In this document: positions 42,072-50,458 of the stretch, in pieces
Position numbering within the stretch: the first letter of the stretch is position 1
Layout of the letters: every line of letters starts with the position of its first letter
Origin: Alphaproteobacteria bacterium
GTDB taxonomy: Bacteria; Pseudomonadota; Alphaproteobacteria; MPNO01; UBA830
Direction: 5' to 3'
DNA length: 64,000 nt
NCBI GenBank assembly: GCA_965243135.1
Contig: OZ251539.1
Span: forward strand, 2,496,001-2,560,000
Notes under the pieces: generated by a model
The model's input: only the letters and a program-made list of their open reading frames with translations
Database searches by the model: none
Told to the model about the DNA's origin: nothing
Made by a program: the position numbers and the translations under genes

Positions 42072-43265
42072 TCACTCCGCGGCGGCGGCGGTCGTCGTCT
42101 CGAAGCCGCGATACTGCGCGTCGGACAGGGTTTGCAGCGCCGGAAGCACGTCGGAAGCGAACAACCTGATGCTCTTTTCGGTCGCCGCGGCCGGCAGCGT
42201 GCCGAAATGCGCCAGGGCGACGAAGGTCCCGAATCCCAGCGCCTCATGGCACGCGGCGAGCTTGCGCCGCACGGTCTCCGGGCTGCCGACGACGACCACG
42301 CCGTTTTCCATCAGCCCCTCCATCGTCTGGGTCGACATGATGCCCCGCTTGTGAGCTGCAACCCGTTTCCACGAGCGGGGCGTGAGGTATCCCGGCGGGA
42401 ACAGCGTGTCGAACGGCAGGTACAGAAACTTGTTGAACAGCGCCTCCATGTGCGGCGCCGCCTCCGCAACGGCCCGCTCGTCGGTTTCCGCGACGTAAAC
42501 CGGAGCCGTCCAGGCGATCTGGTCCGAAGACGCGGCGTAGCCGTATTTCGCCTCGGCCGTCTCGCGGTACTGGTCGAGAAACTTGCGGACGTTCCGGAAC
42601 GGGCTGTAGTTCTGGGCGTAAACGTACCGGCGGTCGGGGTGTGCGGCCCATTCGATCGTCTCGGTGGAACCGAGCGACGGGCACCAGATCGGCGGATGCG
42701 GGGTTTGATACGGTCGCGGCCAGACGTTCACGTACTCGAAGTGAAAATGCTTGCCCTCGAACGCGAAGGGCCCCTCCTCCGTCCAGGCGCGGACGACGAG
42801 ATCGTGGACTTCCACGTGGCGTTCGTGACTGAAGGTCGGATTCGCCCCCATCGAATAGAACTCGGCTCCGATGCCCCGCACGAAACCGGTGACCAACCGT
42901 CCCCCGGTGATGCAGTCGATCATGGCGTGCTCTTCGGCCAACGTCAGCGGATGCTCGCGCAACGCGAACGCGTTGCCGAGGATCGCGATGCGGCAGCTTT
43001 CCGTCCGGCGCGAGAGGGACGACGCCATGACCACCGGCGACGGCATCAGGCCGTAGGCGTTCTGATGGTGTTCGTTGACGGCGATGCCGTCGAAGCCGAG
43101 TTCGGCCGCCAGTTCCAGTTCGTCGAGGTAACGGTTGTAGAGTTGGTGCCCCGCCTTCGGATCGTACAGCCGGTTGGGCAACGTGACCCAGGCCGACGAA
43201 TGCCGGCCGCGCTCCGTCATGTCGAGCGCGGCATACGGCATCAGGTGGAACATGAAGACCTTCAT
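42072..43265 (-). CDS. LLM-class flavin-dependent monooxygenase
   Basis: GFDGIAVNEHH, GRLVTGFVRG, WPRPYQTPHPP, VGSPETV. Confidence 0.9.
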   Translation of the reverse strand: MKVFMFHLMPYAALDMTERGRHSSAWVTLPNRLYDPKAGHQLYNRYLDELELAAELGFDGIAVNEHHQNAYGLMPSPVVMASSLSRRTESCRIAILGNAFALREHPLTLAEEHAMIDCITGGRLVTGFVRGIGAEFYSMGANPTFSHERHVEVHDLVVRAWTEEGPFAFEGKHFHFEYVNVWPRPYQTPHPPIWCPSLGSTETIEWAAHPDRRYVYAQNYSPFRNVRKFLDQYRETAEAKYGYAASSDQIAWTAPVYVAETDERAVAEAAPHMEALFNKFLYLPFDTLFPPGYLTPRSWKRVAAHKRGIMSTQTMEGLMENGVVVVGSPETVRRKLAACHEALGFGTFVALAHFGTLPAAATEKSIRLFASDVLPALQTLSDAQYRGFETTTAAAAE

Positions 43266-44045
43266 TCAGGCGCTTTTCGCCAGAAAGCCGGTCAACGAAT
43301 CGACGAAAACGTCCGGCCGCTCGACATGCGGCAGGTGACCCGCATTCTCGATCATGGTGACTTCGGCCCCGAGTATGCCGCCGAGCTCGCCGGCGTAGAC
43401 GGGGTCGACGATCCGGTCCGAGTCTCCCCACACGACGTGAGCCGGCACCGTTATCCGGTGCAGCCACTTGCGCAGGGCCGGGTTGAACAACCGGGGTTGC
43501 CAGCCGAGCCGGGCCGTCGACACCCGGTTGCGGAGCTGGATGTCGACCTGTTCTTCGGTCAGCTCCGCGCCGAGTATGCGGTCCGCATGGCTCTGATCGA
43601 CGAACAGTTCGCGAACGAGCTGATCGGGATCCATCATGAAGATGTCCGCGATCGGTTTCCCCTTGATGCGTATTCCCGCAGCGCCGATCAACGTAAGGCT
43701 CTTCAGCCGCGTCGCGTTTCGCACCGCGATCTCCATGGCCAACCAGCCGCCAAGGGAATTGCCGACGAGGTGGACGCCTCGCAGATCCAGCGCGTCGAGA
43801 AAATCGAGGTAGAACATCGCGAGATCGTTCATGTCGTCGAGCCAGTCCGGCTCGTCCGAAAGGCCGTAGGACGGATGGTCCGGAACGTGCAGGTCGAAGG
43901 CGTCGGAAAGCGACTGGAAAGCGGGAATCCAGCCGGGAACCCCGCTGGCGCCGTGAAGGAAAAGCATGGGTTCCCCGGAGCCGCCGCGGCACAAATGAAC
44001 GCCGCACCCCCTTACGTCGACCCTGGTCTCGGTGAAATCCGCCAT
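43266..44045 (-). CDS. Alpha/beta fold hydrolase
   Basis: FLHGASG, GNSLGG nucleophile elbow, WGDSD, AGHLPH; ATG at 44045. Confidence 0.9.
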   Translation of the reverse strand: MADFTETRVDVRGCGVHLCRGGSGEPMLFLHGASGVPGWIPAFQSLSDAFDLHVPDHPSYGLSDEPDWLDDMNDLAMFYLDFLDALDLRGVHLVGNSLGGWLAMEIAVRNATRLKSLTLIGAAGIRIKGKPIADIFMMDPDQLVRELFVDQSHADRILGAELTEEQVDIQLRNRVSTARLGWQPRLFNPALRKWLHRITVPAHVVWGDSDRIVDPVYAGELGGILGAEVTMIENAGHLPHVERPDVFVDSLTGFLAKSA

Positions 44046-44062
44046 GTCCTCGCTTCTCCTTT

Positions 44063-44893
44063 TCAGTTCTTCGCTTCGCCGTCCCCGGCCGACGCCGGGC
44101 CCAGCCCCGGCTTGTACTTCTTGTCGAGGAAATCGCCGATGCCTTCTTCCCGAAACGCGTCGTTCTGGCGCTGCGTGTGCCACGCCTGCATTGCCGCCGA
44201 GTAGTTCATCGCCGTATCCCAGTCCATTCCCAGCGAATGGAAATACGCCTCCTTGGTCGCCTGCAACGCGGAGAGATCCTTCTCGGCGATTTCCCGCGCG
44301 AGCGCCGTCACCTCCTCGCGCAGCCGCTCCCGCGGCACGGCGTAATTCACGAAACCCATCTCCGCCGCCCTGGCGCCGTCGAACGGCCGGCCGGTGAGCG
44401 CGTAGAACTTGTAGTCGCGCGGACGCAGCAGGTTGCCCATGGACTTCGACACGCTGCCGCCGGGAAACATCTTGAAGTTGATCTCGCTCAGCCCCATCTT
44501 CGCGTCCTCGGCCGCGACCGCGAGATCGCAGGCCTCGACGATGGTGAACGCGCCGCCGAAGCAGTGTCCGTTGACCATCGCGATAGAGGGTTTCGGAAAC
44601 AGGCGCAGCGTTCGGCCGCGCCATTCGATGGCGACCCGCGACGCGCGGTCGTACTCGGCCGGCTTGTCCCGCAAATCCATGAAGAATTCCTTGAGATCCA
44701 TGCAGGCGCAGAAGGATTCGCCCGCCCCGGTGATCACCAATACCTTGCAACGATCGTCGTTGCGCAGGCGTTCCAGCGCGTCCGCCGCCTCCTCCCCGAG
44801 AAGAGGGTTCATCGCGTTGCGCTTCTCCGGCCGGTCGAGCGTCAGCGTCGTCACGCCATCGTCGAAATCGACGCGTATCGTCCGGTATTCCAT
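44063..44893 (-). CDS. p-Hydroxycinnamoyl-CoA hydratase/lyase (crotonase family)
   Basis: KRNAMNP, MDLKEFF, FGGAF, LSEIN, and C-terminal FLDKKYKPGLG typical of HCHL/Ech; ATG at 44893. Confidence 0.82.
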   Translation of the reverse strand: MEYRTIRVDFDDGVTTLTLDRPEKRNAMNPLLGEEAADALERLRNDDRCKVLVITGAGESFCACMDLKEFFMDLRDKPAEYDRASRVAIEWRGRTLRLFPKPSIAMVNGHCFGGAFTIVEACDLAVAAEDAKMGLSEINFKMFPGGSVSKSMGNLLRPRDYKFYALTGRPFDGARAAEMGFVNYAVPRERLREEVTALAREIAEKDLSALQATKEAYFHSLGMDWDTAMNYSAAMQAWHTQRQNDAFREEGIGDFLDKKYKPGLGPASAGDGEAKN

Positions 44894-45426
44894 GCGCCCT
44901 CTCCGGCTGACGGACATCGTTACGTTGCGGGCGAAGTGTCGTCCGACTCCTGTGAATGTCAAGCGCGAGAGCCCGCTCGACTCGCCGCGAGGGCCGGCCG
45001 CTTGCCCTCGCCGGTTACCGCGTCTAGTTTGACGAGCGCCCACGCCGGCCGAGTGGCTGATCGTTCGACGCTGAAGAAACGATCGGTTTTCCGCTTTGGG
45101 ATCGCGCCGCGGAGACGGCGCATCGGGCGCTCGCCTGCGGCCGGGCGTTGCGGAACGGGCCGACCCGGCTGTCCGAAAGGGTGAATGAACCGTACGCGGC
45201 GGCCACCGCGAACAAGCTGGAGAACGACGATTTGGCGCGCCATGAGGCGAACGGGACAAACGGGCGCATGGCAAACGTCTTCTCGACCCCTGCCTGTCGG
45301 CGCATGCATCGCAAGGTGATTCCGGATGTCGAAACGCGCAGGACGCTCCTCCGGGCCGTCCCGGAACGGGCAGGCGGTGGCGCTCGAACGACGCCTCCGC
45401 GGTGACGTGACCGCGGCCTGAGCCAA

Positions 45427-46590
45427 GTGTCTCGCGCCCGGTACGCGGTGCTGGCAGGCGTCCTGGCGCTGCTGCCCATGCTCCTGCCGCTGACGGTCGA
45501 CGGATCCCTGCCGTTGCTGCCGGTCCTCGCGGCGGATTTCCGCGTCGAAACGGCCCAGTTCTGCGTTACGGCCGCGGTTCTGGGGATCGCGGCCGGCCAG
45601 CTGGTTTACGGCCCGCTGTCGGATAGTTTCGGCCGAAAGCCGGTCATTCTGACGAGCGTTTGCCTCTACGCAGCGGCCTCGGTCGCGGGCGCCCTCGCGC
45701 CTTCCATGGAGGCGTTGCTCGGGATCCGCTTTTTGCAGGGCTTCTTCGCATGCTCAGGCGTGATCGTCGCCCGCGCGGTCATCCGCGACCTCTTCGATCG
45801 CGAAGCCGGCGCGAAATTGTTTTCGCTGATGATGGGCATTCACGGGATCATGCCGGCGATCGCCCCCGGCGCCAGCGGCCTCCTCGCGGAACAATGGGGC
45901 TGGCGAACGGTCTTCGCGGCCATGGCGGGGTTCGGAGCGTTCGCGTTCGCGGCCGTCCTCCTGGGACTCGCCGAAACCCGCCGCGCCAGGCGCCGCCCCG
46001 CCCCGGTCCTCGGCAACTTTCGCCATGTCCTCTCGAACCGGAGTTTCCGCGCCTACGCCGTCTGCGCGAGTTTTTCCTACGCCGGGTTGTTCGCGTATTT
46101 CGCGGGCGCGCCGGTCGGGTTGATACAGTATCTCGGGCTCGCGCCCGAGCAGTACGGAATAGCGATGGCGGTTCCGATGATCGCCTACATCGCAACGCAG
46201 ATCGCGGTGGCGCACCTCGTTCACGCCCTCGGCCTCGACCGGCTGATTCGCGTCGGCGCATGGCTTGCCGTCGTCGCGGGCGCCGGCCTGGCGATTTCGG
46301 TTCTGGCCGGGTTCGTGAACGTCTATACGCTGACCGCGCCCATTGTCCTCCTTCTGACGTCGCTCGCGTTCGTCATACCCGGAACCACGGTCGGCGCCGT
46401 GTCGCCGTTCCCGCAGACGGCCGGCGCCGCCTCTTCGCTGTTGGGCTTCATCCAGTTCATGGCGGCCGCCGTCGCGACCGCCGCCGTCGGAGTCCTCGAC
46501 GACGGAACGCCCGCTCCCATGGCGGGCACGATCTGCTTCTGCGCCGTCGGCGCGCTGGCGACCGCGCCGCGGCGAAAGGCGTTCCCGTGA
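45427..46590 (+). CDS. Bcr/CflA family MFS efflux transporter
   Basis: GQLVYGPLSDSFGRKPV, ARAVIRD, GWRTVF, AGAASSL. Confidence 0.88.
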   Translation: MSRARYAVLAGVLALLPMLLPLTVDGSLPLLPVLAADFRVETAQFCVTAAVLGIAAGQLVYGPLSDSFGRKPVILTSVCLYAAASVAGALAPSMEALLGIRFLQGFFACSGVIVARAVIRDLFDREAGAKLFSLMMGIHGIMPAIAPGASGLLAEQWGWRTVFAAMAGFGAFAFAAVLLGLAETRRARRRPAPVLGNFRHVLSNRSFRAYAVCASFSYAGLFAYFAGAPVGLIQYLGLAPEQYGIAMAVPMIAYIATQIAVAHLVHALGLDRLIRVGAWLAVVAGAGLAISVLAGFVNVYTLTAPIVLLLTSLAFVIPGTTVGAVSPFPQTAGAASSLLGFIQFMAAAVATAAVGVLDDGTPAPMAGTICFCAVGALATAPRRKAFP

Positions 46591-47780
46591 AGTTCCCGAA
46601 CGGAATCGGCGTCGCGGCCCTCCTGGGACTGACGACCATGGCGACCGCGATCGGCATCGACGGCACGCTTCCCGCCATGCCGGCCATGGTGGAAGCGTTC
46701 GGAACGACCCGGACGTCCGTTCAGACCACGCTCAGCCTGTTCATGGTCGGCGTCGCCATCGGGCAGCTGGTGCACGGCCCGTTGTCGGACCGCTTCGGCA
46801 GAAAACCGGTCATCGTCGCGGCAATGCTGATCACCGGCGCGGCCACGGCCGGCTGCGCCGCCGCGCAGTCTCTCGAAGCGCTCATGGCGTTCCGTTTCCT
46901 GCACGGCATCTCGGCGTCGGCGGGCTTCATCGTGGCGCGCGCGGCCGTCCGCGACCGCTACGAACGCGCCGAGGCGGCGCGCGTCATTTCGCTCGTGCTG
47001 TTCGTTCACGGGTTCGCGCCGCTGATCTCGCCGGTCGTCGGCGCTCACCTGACCGTCGCCTTCGGCTGGCGCGCCGTCTTCGCCTTTATCGCCGGCTACA
47101 GCGTCCTCGTCGCGCTGGCGTTCGGCGCGATCTTTCGCGAGACGCTCGAACGTCCGGATCCCGACGCGCTGCGAATCGCGCCGATGCTCCGCAATTTCCG
47201 GGAGATTTCGCGCAACGCGACGTTCTGGGCCTACACGGGCTGCGCGACGGCATGCTTCGGCATCCTGTTTTCGTTCCTTTCCGCCTCGTCGCACGTGATC
47301 ATCGCCTTTTTCGGCGAAAGCGAAACCGCTTACAGCTACATGTTCGGCGGCTGCATGATCGGCACCATTGCCGGAATGCTCCTGAACTCCCGCCTGATCC
47401 CCCGTTACGGCACCGACCGGCTCCTGCGGTGGGGAGTCTGGCAGGCGTCGCTGTTCGGCCTGCTGATGCTCGGCCTTTCGCTGGCCGGCGCGCAGAACTG
47501 GGTCGCCGTAATCGGCCCCATGTTCTTCTGCATGATCGCGTTTTCCCTGATCTACCCGCAGACGCTCGCGGGAGCGCTGCAGCCGTTTCCTCATGCGGCC
47601 GGAGCCGCGTCCTCGCTGGCCGGGCTGGCGCAGCAGCTCGCGGCCGCCGTCACCGGCATGGCCGTCGCGGCGCTTACGACCGGCGGCACCCAGACGGCGC
47701 TGGCCGGCGGAGTCGCGTTCTGGGCGCTGTTCGCGCTCGTCCTCTACCTCGCCGCGATCCGGCGCCGCGCCCCGCGATGA
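46587..47780 (+). CDS. Bcr/CflA family MFS efflux transporter (tandem paralog)
   Basis: GPLSDRFGRKPV, ARAAVRD, GWRAVF, AGAASSL; GTGA overlap at 46587. Confidence 0.88.
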   Translation: MKFPNGIGVAALLGLTTMATAIGIDGTLPAMPAMVEAFGTTRTSVQTTLSLFMVGVAIGQLVHGPLSDRFGRKPVIVAAMLITGAATAGCAAAQSLEALMAFRFLHGISASAGFIVARAAVRDRYERAEAARVISLVLFVHGFAPLISPVVGAHLTVAFGWRAVFAFIAGYSVLVALAFGAIFRETLERPDPDALRIAPMLRNFREISRNATFWAYTGCATACFGILFSFLSASSHVIIAFFGESETAYSYMFGGCMIGTIAGMLLNSRLIPRYGTDRLLRWGVWQASLFGLLMLGLSLAGAQNWVAVIGPMFFCMIAFSLIYPQTLAGALQPFPHAAGAASSLAGLAQQLAAAVTGMAVAALTTGGTQTALAGGVAFWALFALVLYLAAIRRRAPR

Positions 47781-47823
47781 CCGGGCGCTTTCCCGGCGCG
47801 GCGGTTTTTGATACATCCCGCAC

Positions 47824-49116
47824 ATGGCCATCCCCCGCTATTCGCGACCCCGGATGACGGCGATCTGGGCGCCCGAAAACAGGTTCCGCATCTGGTTCGA
47901 AATCGAAGCGCTCGCCTGCGAGGCGCAGGCCGAGCTGGGCCTGATCCCCAAGGAAGCCGCGAAAGCGGTCCGCGAGCGCGGGCGGTTCGAGATCGAGCGC
48001 ATAGAAGAAATCGAGCGCGAAACCAGGCACGACGTGATCGCGTTCCTGACGAATCTCGCGGAACACGTCGGCGAGGAAGCCCGCTTCGTGCATCGGGGGA
48101 TGACCTCTTCCGACGTGCTCGATACCTGTCTCGCGGTTCAGCTCGCGCGCGCTTCCGACATTCTGCTCGAGGACCTCGACGGTCTGCTGGCGGCGCTCAG
48201 GTCCCGCGCCGAGGAGTTCAGGATGACGCCTACCATCGGGCGCAGTCACGGGATTCACGCGGAGCCGACCACGTTCGGAATCAAGCTGGCCGGGCATTAC
48301 GCGGAATTCGACCGCAATCGCGCGCGGTTGCGCGCCGCGCGCGCGGAAATCGCGGCCTGCGCCCTTTCCGGAGCCGTCGGCACCTTCGCGAACATCGACC
48401 CCCGCGTCGAAGCCTACGTGGCGAAAGCCCTGGGGCTGACTCCCGAACCGGTTTCCACCCAGATCGTGCCGCGCGACCGGCATGCGGCCTTTTTCGCGAC
48501 CCTCGCCGTCGTCGCGTCTTCGGCGGAACGCCTCGCCATCGAAATCCGGCACCTGCAGCGCACCGAGCTGCGCGAGGCGGAGGAGTTCTTTTCCGCCGGC
48601 CAAAAGGGTTCGTCGGCCATGCCGCACAAGCGCAACCCGGTGCTTACGGAAAACATGACGGGCCTCGCCCGCCTGGTGCGAGCGTGCTGCCCGCCCGCGC
48701 TGGAGAACGTGGCGCTCTGGCACGAGCGCGACATCTCGCATTCCTCCGTCGAACGCGTCATCGCGCCCGACGCGACGATCACGCTCGATTTCCTGCTGGC
48801 CCGGGCGGCGGGCGTCGTCGAGAACCTGGTCGTCTATCCGGAAAACATGCGGCGAAACCTCGACGCTCTCGGCGGCCTCGTCCATTCGCAGCGCGTGCTT
48901 CTCGCGCTCACGCAGGCGGGAATGAGCCGCGAGGAGGCCTACGCCGCCGTGCAGCGCAACGCCATGGCGACGTGGCGCGACGGCGGCTCGTTTCGGGATC
49001 GGCTCGAAGCGGATCCGGAAGTGCCGATCGACAAGGCGACCCTGAACGAGCTATTCGACCTCGGTTATCACCTGAAGCACGTCGACACCATCTTCGAACG
49101 GGTCTTCGGCCCGTAG
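47824..49116 (+). CDS. purB: Adenylosuccinate lyase
   Basis: IPRYSRP, RHDVIAF, TSSDVLD, GRSHGIHAEP, SSAMPHKRNP, WHERDISHSS. Confidence 0.97.
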   Translation: MAIPRYSRPRMTAIWAPENRFRIWFEIEALACEAQAELGLIPKEAAKAVRERGRFEIERIEEIERETRHDVIAFLTNLAEHVGEEARFVHRGMTSSDVLDTCLAVQLARASDILLEDLDGLLAALRSRAEEFRMTPTIGRSHGIHAEPTTFGIKLAGHYAEFDRNRARLRAARAEIAACALSGAVGTFANIDPRVEAYVAKALGLTPEPVSTQIVPRDRHAAFFATLAVVASSAERLAIEIRHLQRTELREAEEFFSAGQKGSSAMPHKRNPVLTENMTGLARLVRACCPPALENVALWHERDISHSSVERVIAPDATITLDFLLARAAGVVENLVVYPENMRRNLDALGGLVHSQRVLLALTQAGMSREEAYAAVQRNAMATWRDGGSFRDRLEADPEVPIDKATLNELFDLGYHLKHVDTIFERVFGP

Positions 49117-49118
49117 GG

Positions 49119-49445
49119 TCAGCCCTCTTCGGAGTCGATCTGCCGCTCCGCCTCGTCCAGCAACCGGTCCATTTCCCCGCGCAGCCGCGGCTCGTCCATG
49201 CCGATGCCGCGCGCAGCGAAGTCCGCGAGAACCTTGCGGACAACGTCGGCGTCGCCGGGTTCCTCGAAATCGGAGTGCACGACCTCCTTCGCGTATTCGG
49301 CGGCGGGGTCGCCGGAAAGGCCGAACCGCTCCGCCGCCCAGAGGCCGAGCAGCCGGTTGCGGCGCGCCGTGATGCGGAACAGCTTGTCCTGATCCCGCTT
49401 GTACTTGTGCTCGAAGCTTTTCTGGCGCTCTTCCAGAGTGGCCAT
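49119..49445 (-). CDS. DUF1476 family protein (ATPase inhibitor zeta-like)
   Basis: ERQKSFEHKY, ARRNRLLGLWAA, DFEEPGDADVVRK. Confidence 0.88.
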   Translation of the reverse strand: MATLEERQKSFEHKYKRDQDKLFRITARRNRLLGLWAAERFGLSGDPAAEYAKEVVHSDFEEPGDADVVRKVLADFAARGIGMDEPRLRGEMDRLLDEAERQIDSEEG

Positions 49446-49731
49446 GGTCGTTCCTTTTGCTGACGTCGGACTGCAGCGCCGCTCATAATCCGCGTTGGAT
49501 CGTCGGGTCACGATGCGAATGGCCACAATCTACAAAGGATCGTTTACCAACACATCGAAGCGCTAATCAAGTTCGACCTCCCAACGAAGCGTTCCCAAAA
49601 CGAATGGGCGCGACAACGAATCCGCACGCGCGCCGACCATCCGTTCGGCCGGCTCTCCCTTGTCCGGACGCTCCGTCGCCATTCGGCCTTCGATCGGGAA
49701 CGCGCCCTCCCCGGCAGCCGAATTCGGCAAA

Positions 49732-49881
49732 CGATTACCCGAGCGCGCGCGGCCGCGGGCGGAGTTTGAAGCGCCGTGACTTCGGTGTCGCCCGATTACC
49801 CGAGCGCGCGCGGCCGCGGGGGCAGGCCGCCCGCCGCGCCGTCGCTTTCTTTCCGATTACCCGAGCGCGCGCGGCCGCGGG
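49732..49881 (-). CRISPR. Cas-less mini-array 2: 3 x 28-bp repeat, 2 x 33-bp spacers
   Basis: CGATTACCCGAGCGCGCGCGGCCGCGGG at 49732, 49793 and 49854; spacers 49760-49792 and 49821-49853; both spacers start with G on the minus strand. Confidence 0.8.
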
Positions 49882-50458
49882 CATCGTCGTCAGCGACGCC
49901 CCAATGATTTTCGTTCGCCGGCGCTCCGCCTATCGAACGGCCTGACGCATGAATGCCCGGCAGGCCGCAAGGCCCTCGTCTGCCCGATTGATCTTGGACG
50001 AGGGAGCCGATCATGATCGTCAAGGACGGAACGATATTCGACGGCCCGAATCGCTGGAATGACCAAACGGTCGGTAAACGCGAGACGAAAAACGCACGGT
50101 CGACACTCGTCGTCGTCTGGCCGTCGAACTCGACAAAACCCGTACGTCGAACCGCCCGGACAACGACAGGCGTTCCGTGCGCAGGCGTCAGAAAAACAGG
50201 GAAAGGTCGTCGGGACAACTTCGGAGGTCGCTCACGGAGCAACTTCCGTCCCGCCGCGGGGGATCCGCCGGAATTCCCGCTCGCCGTCACCGGGAAAACA
50301 GGCGTGTTCGCGGCATGACTTACGGCGAGAGTCGCCGCCGCATCCACGATCGGAGACAGCAGGCCAAGTCTCTGGTATCTTCGGAGCGGAAAAAGCCTGA
50401 ACCTGCCCTTCGCTTGCGCAGGCTTTCCCTGCTTGCGCATTTGGAAACGGTCTGACGG

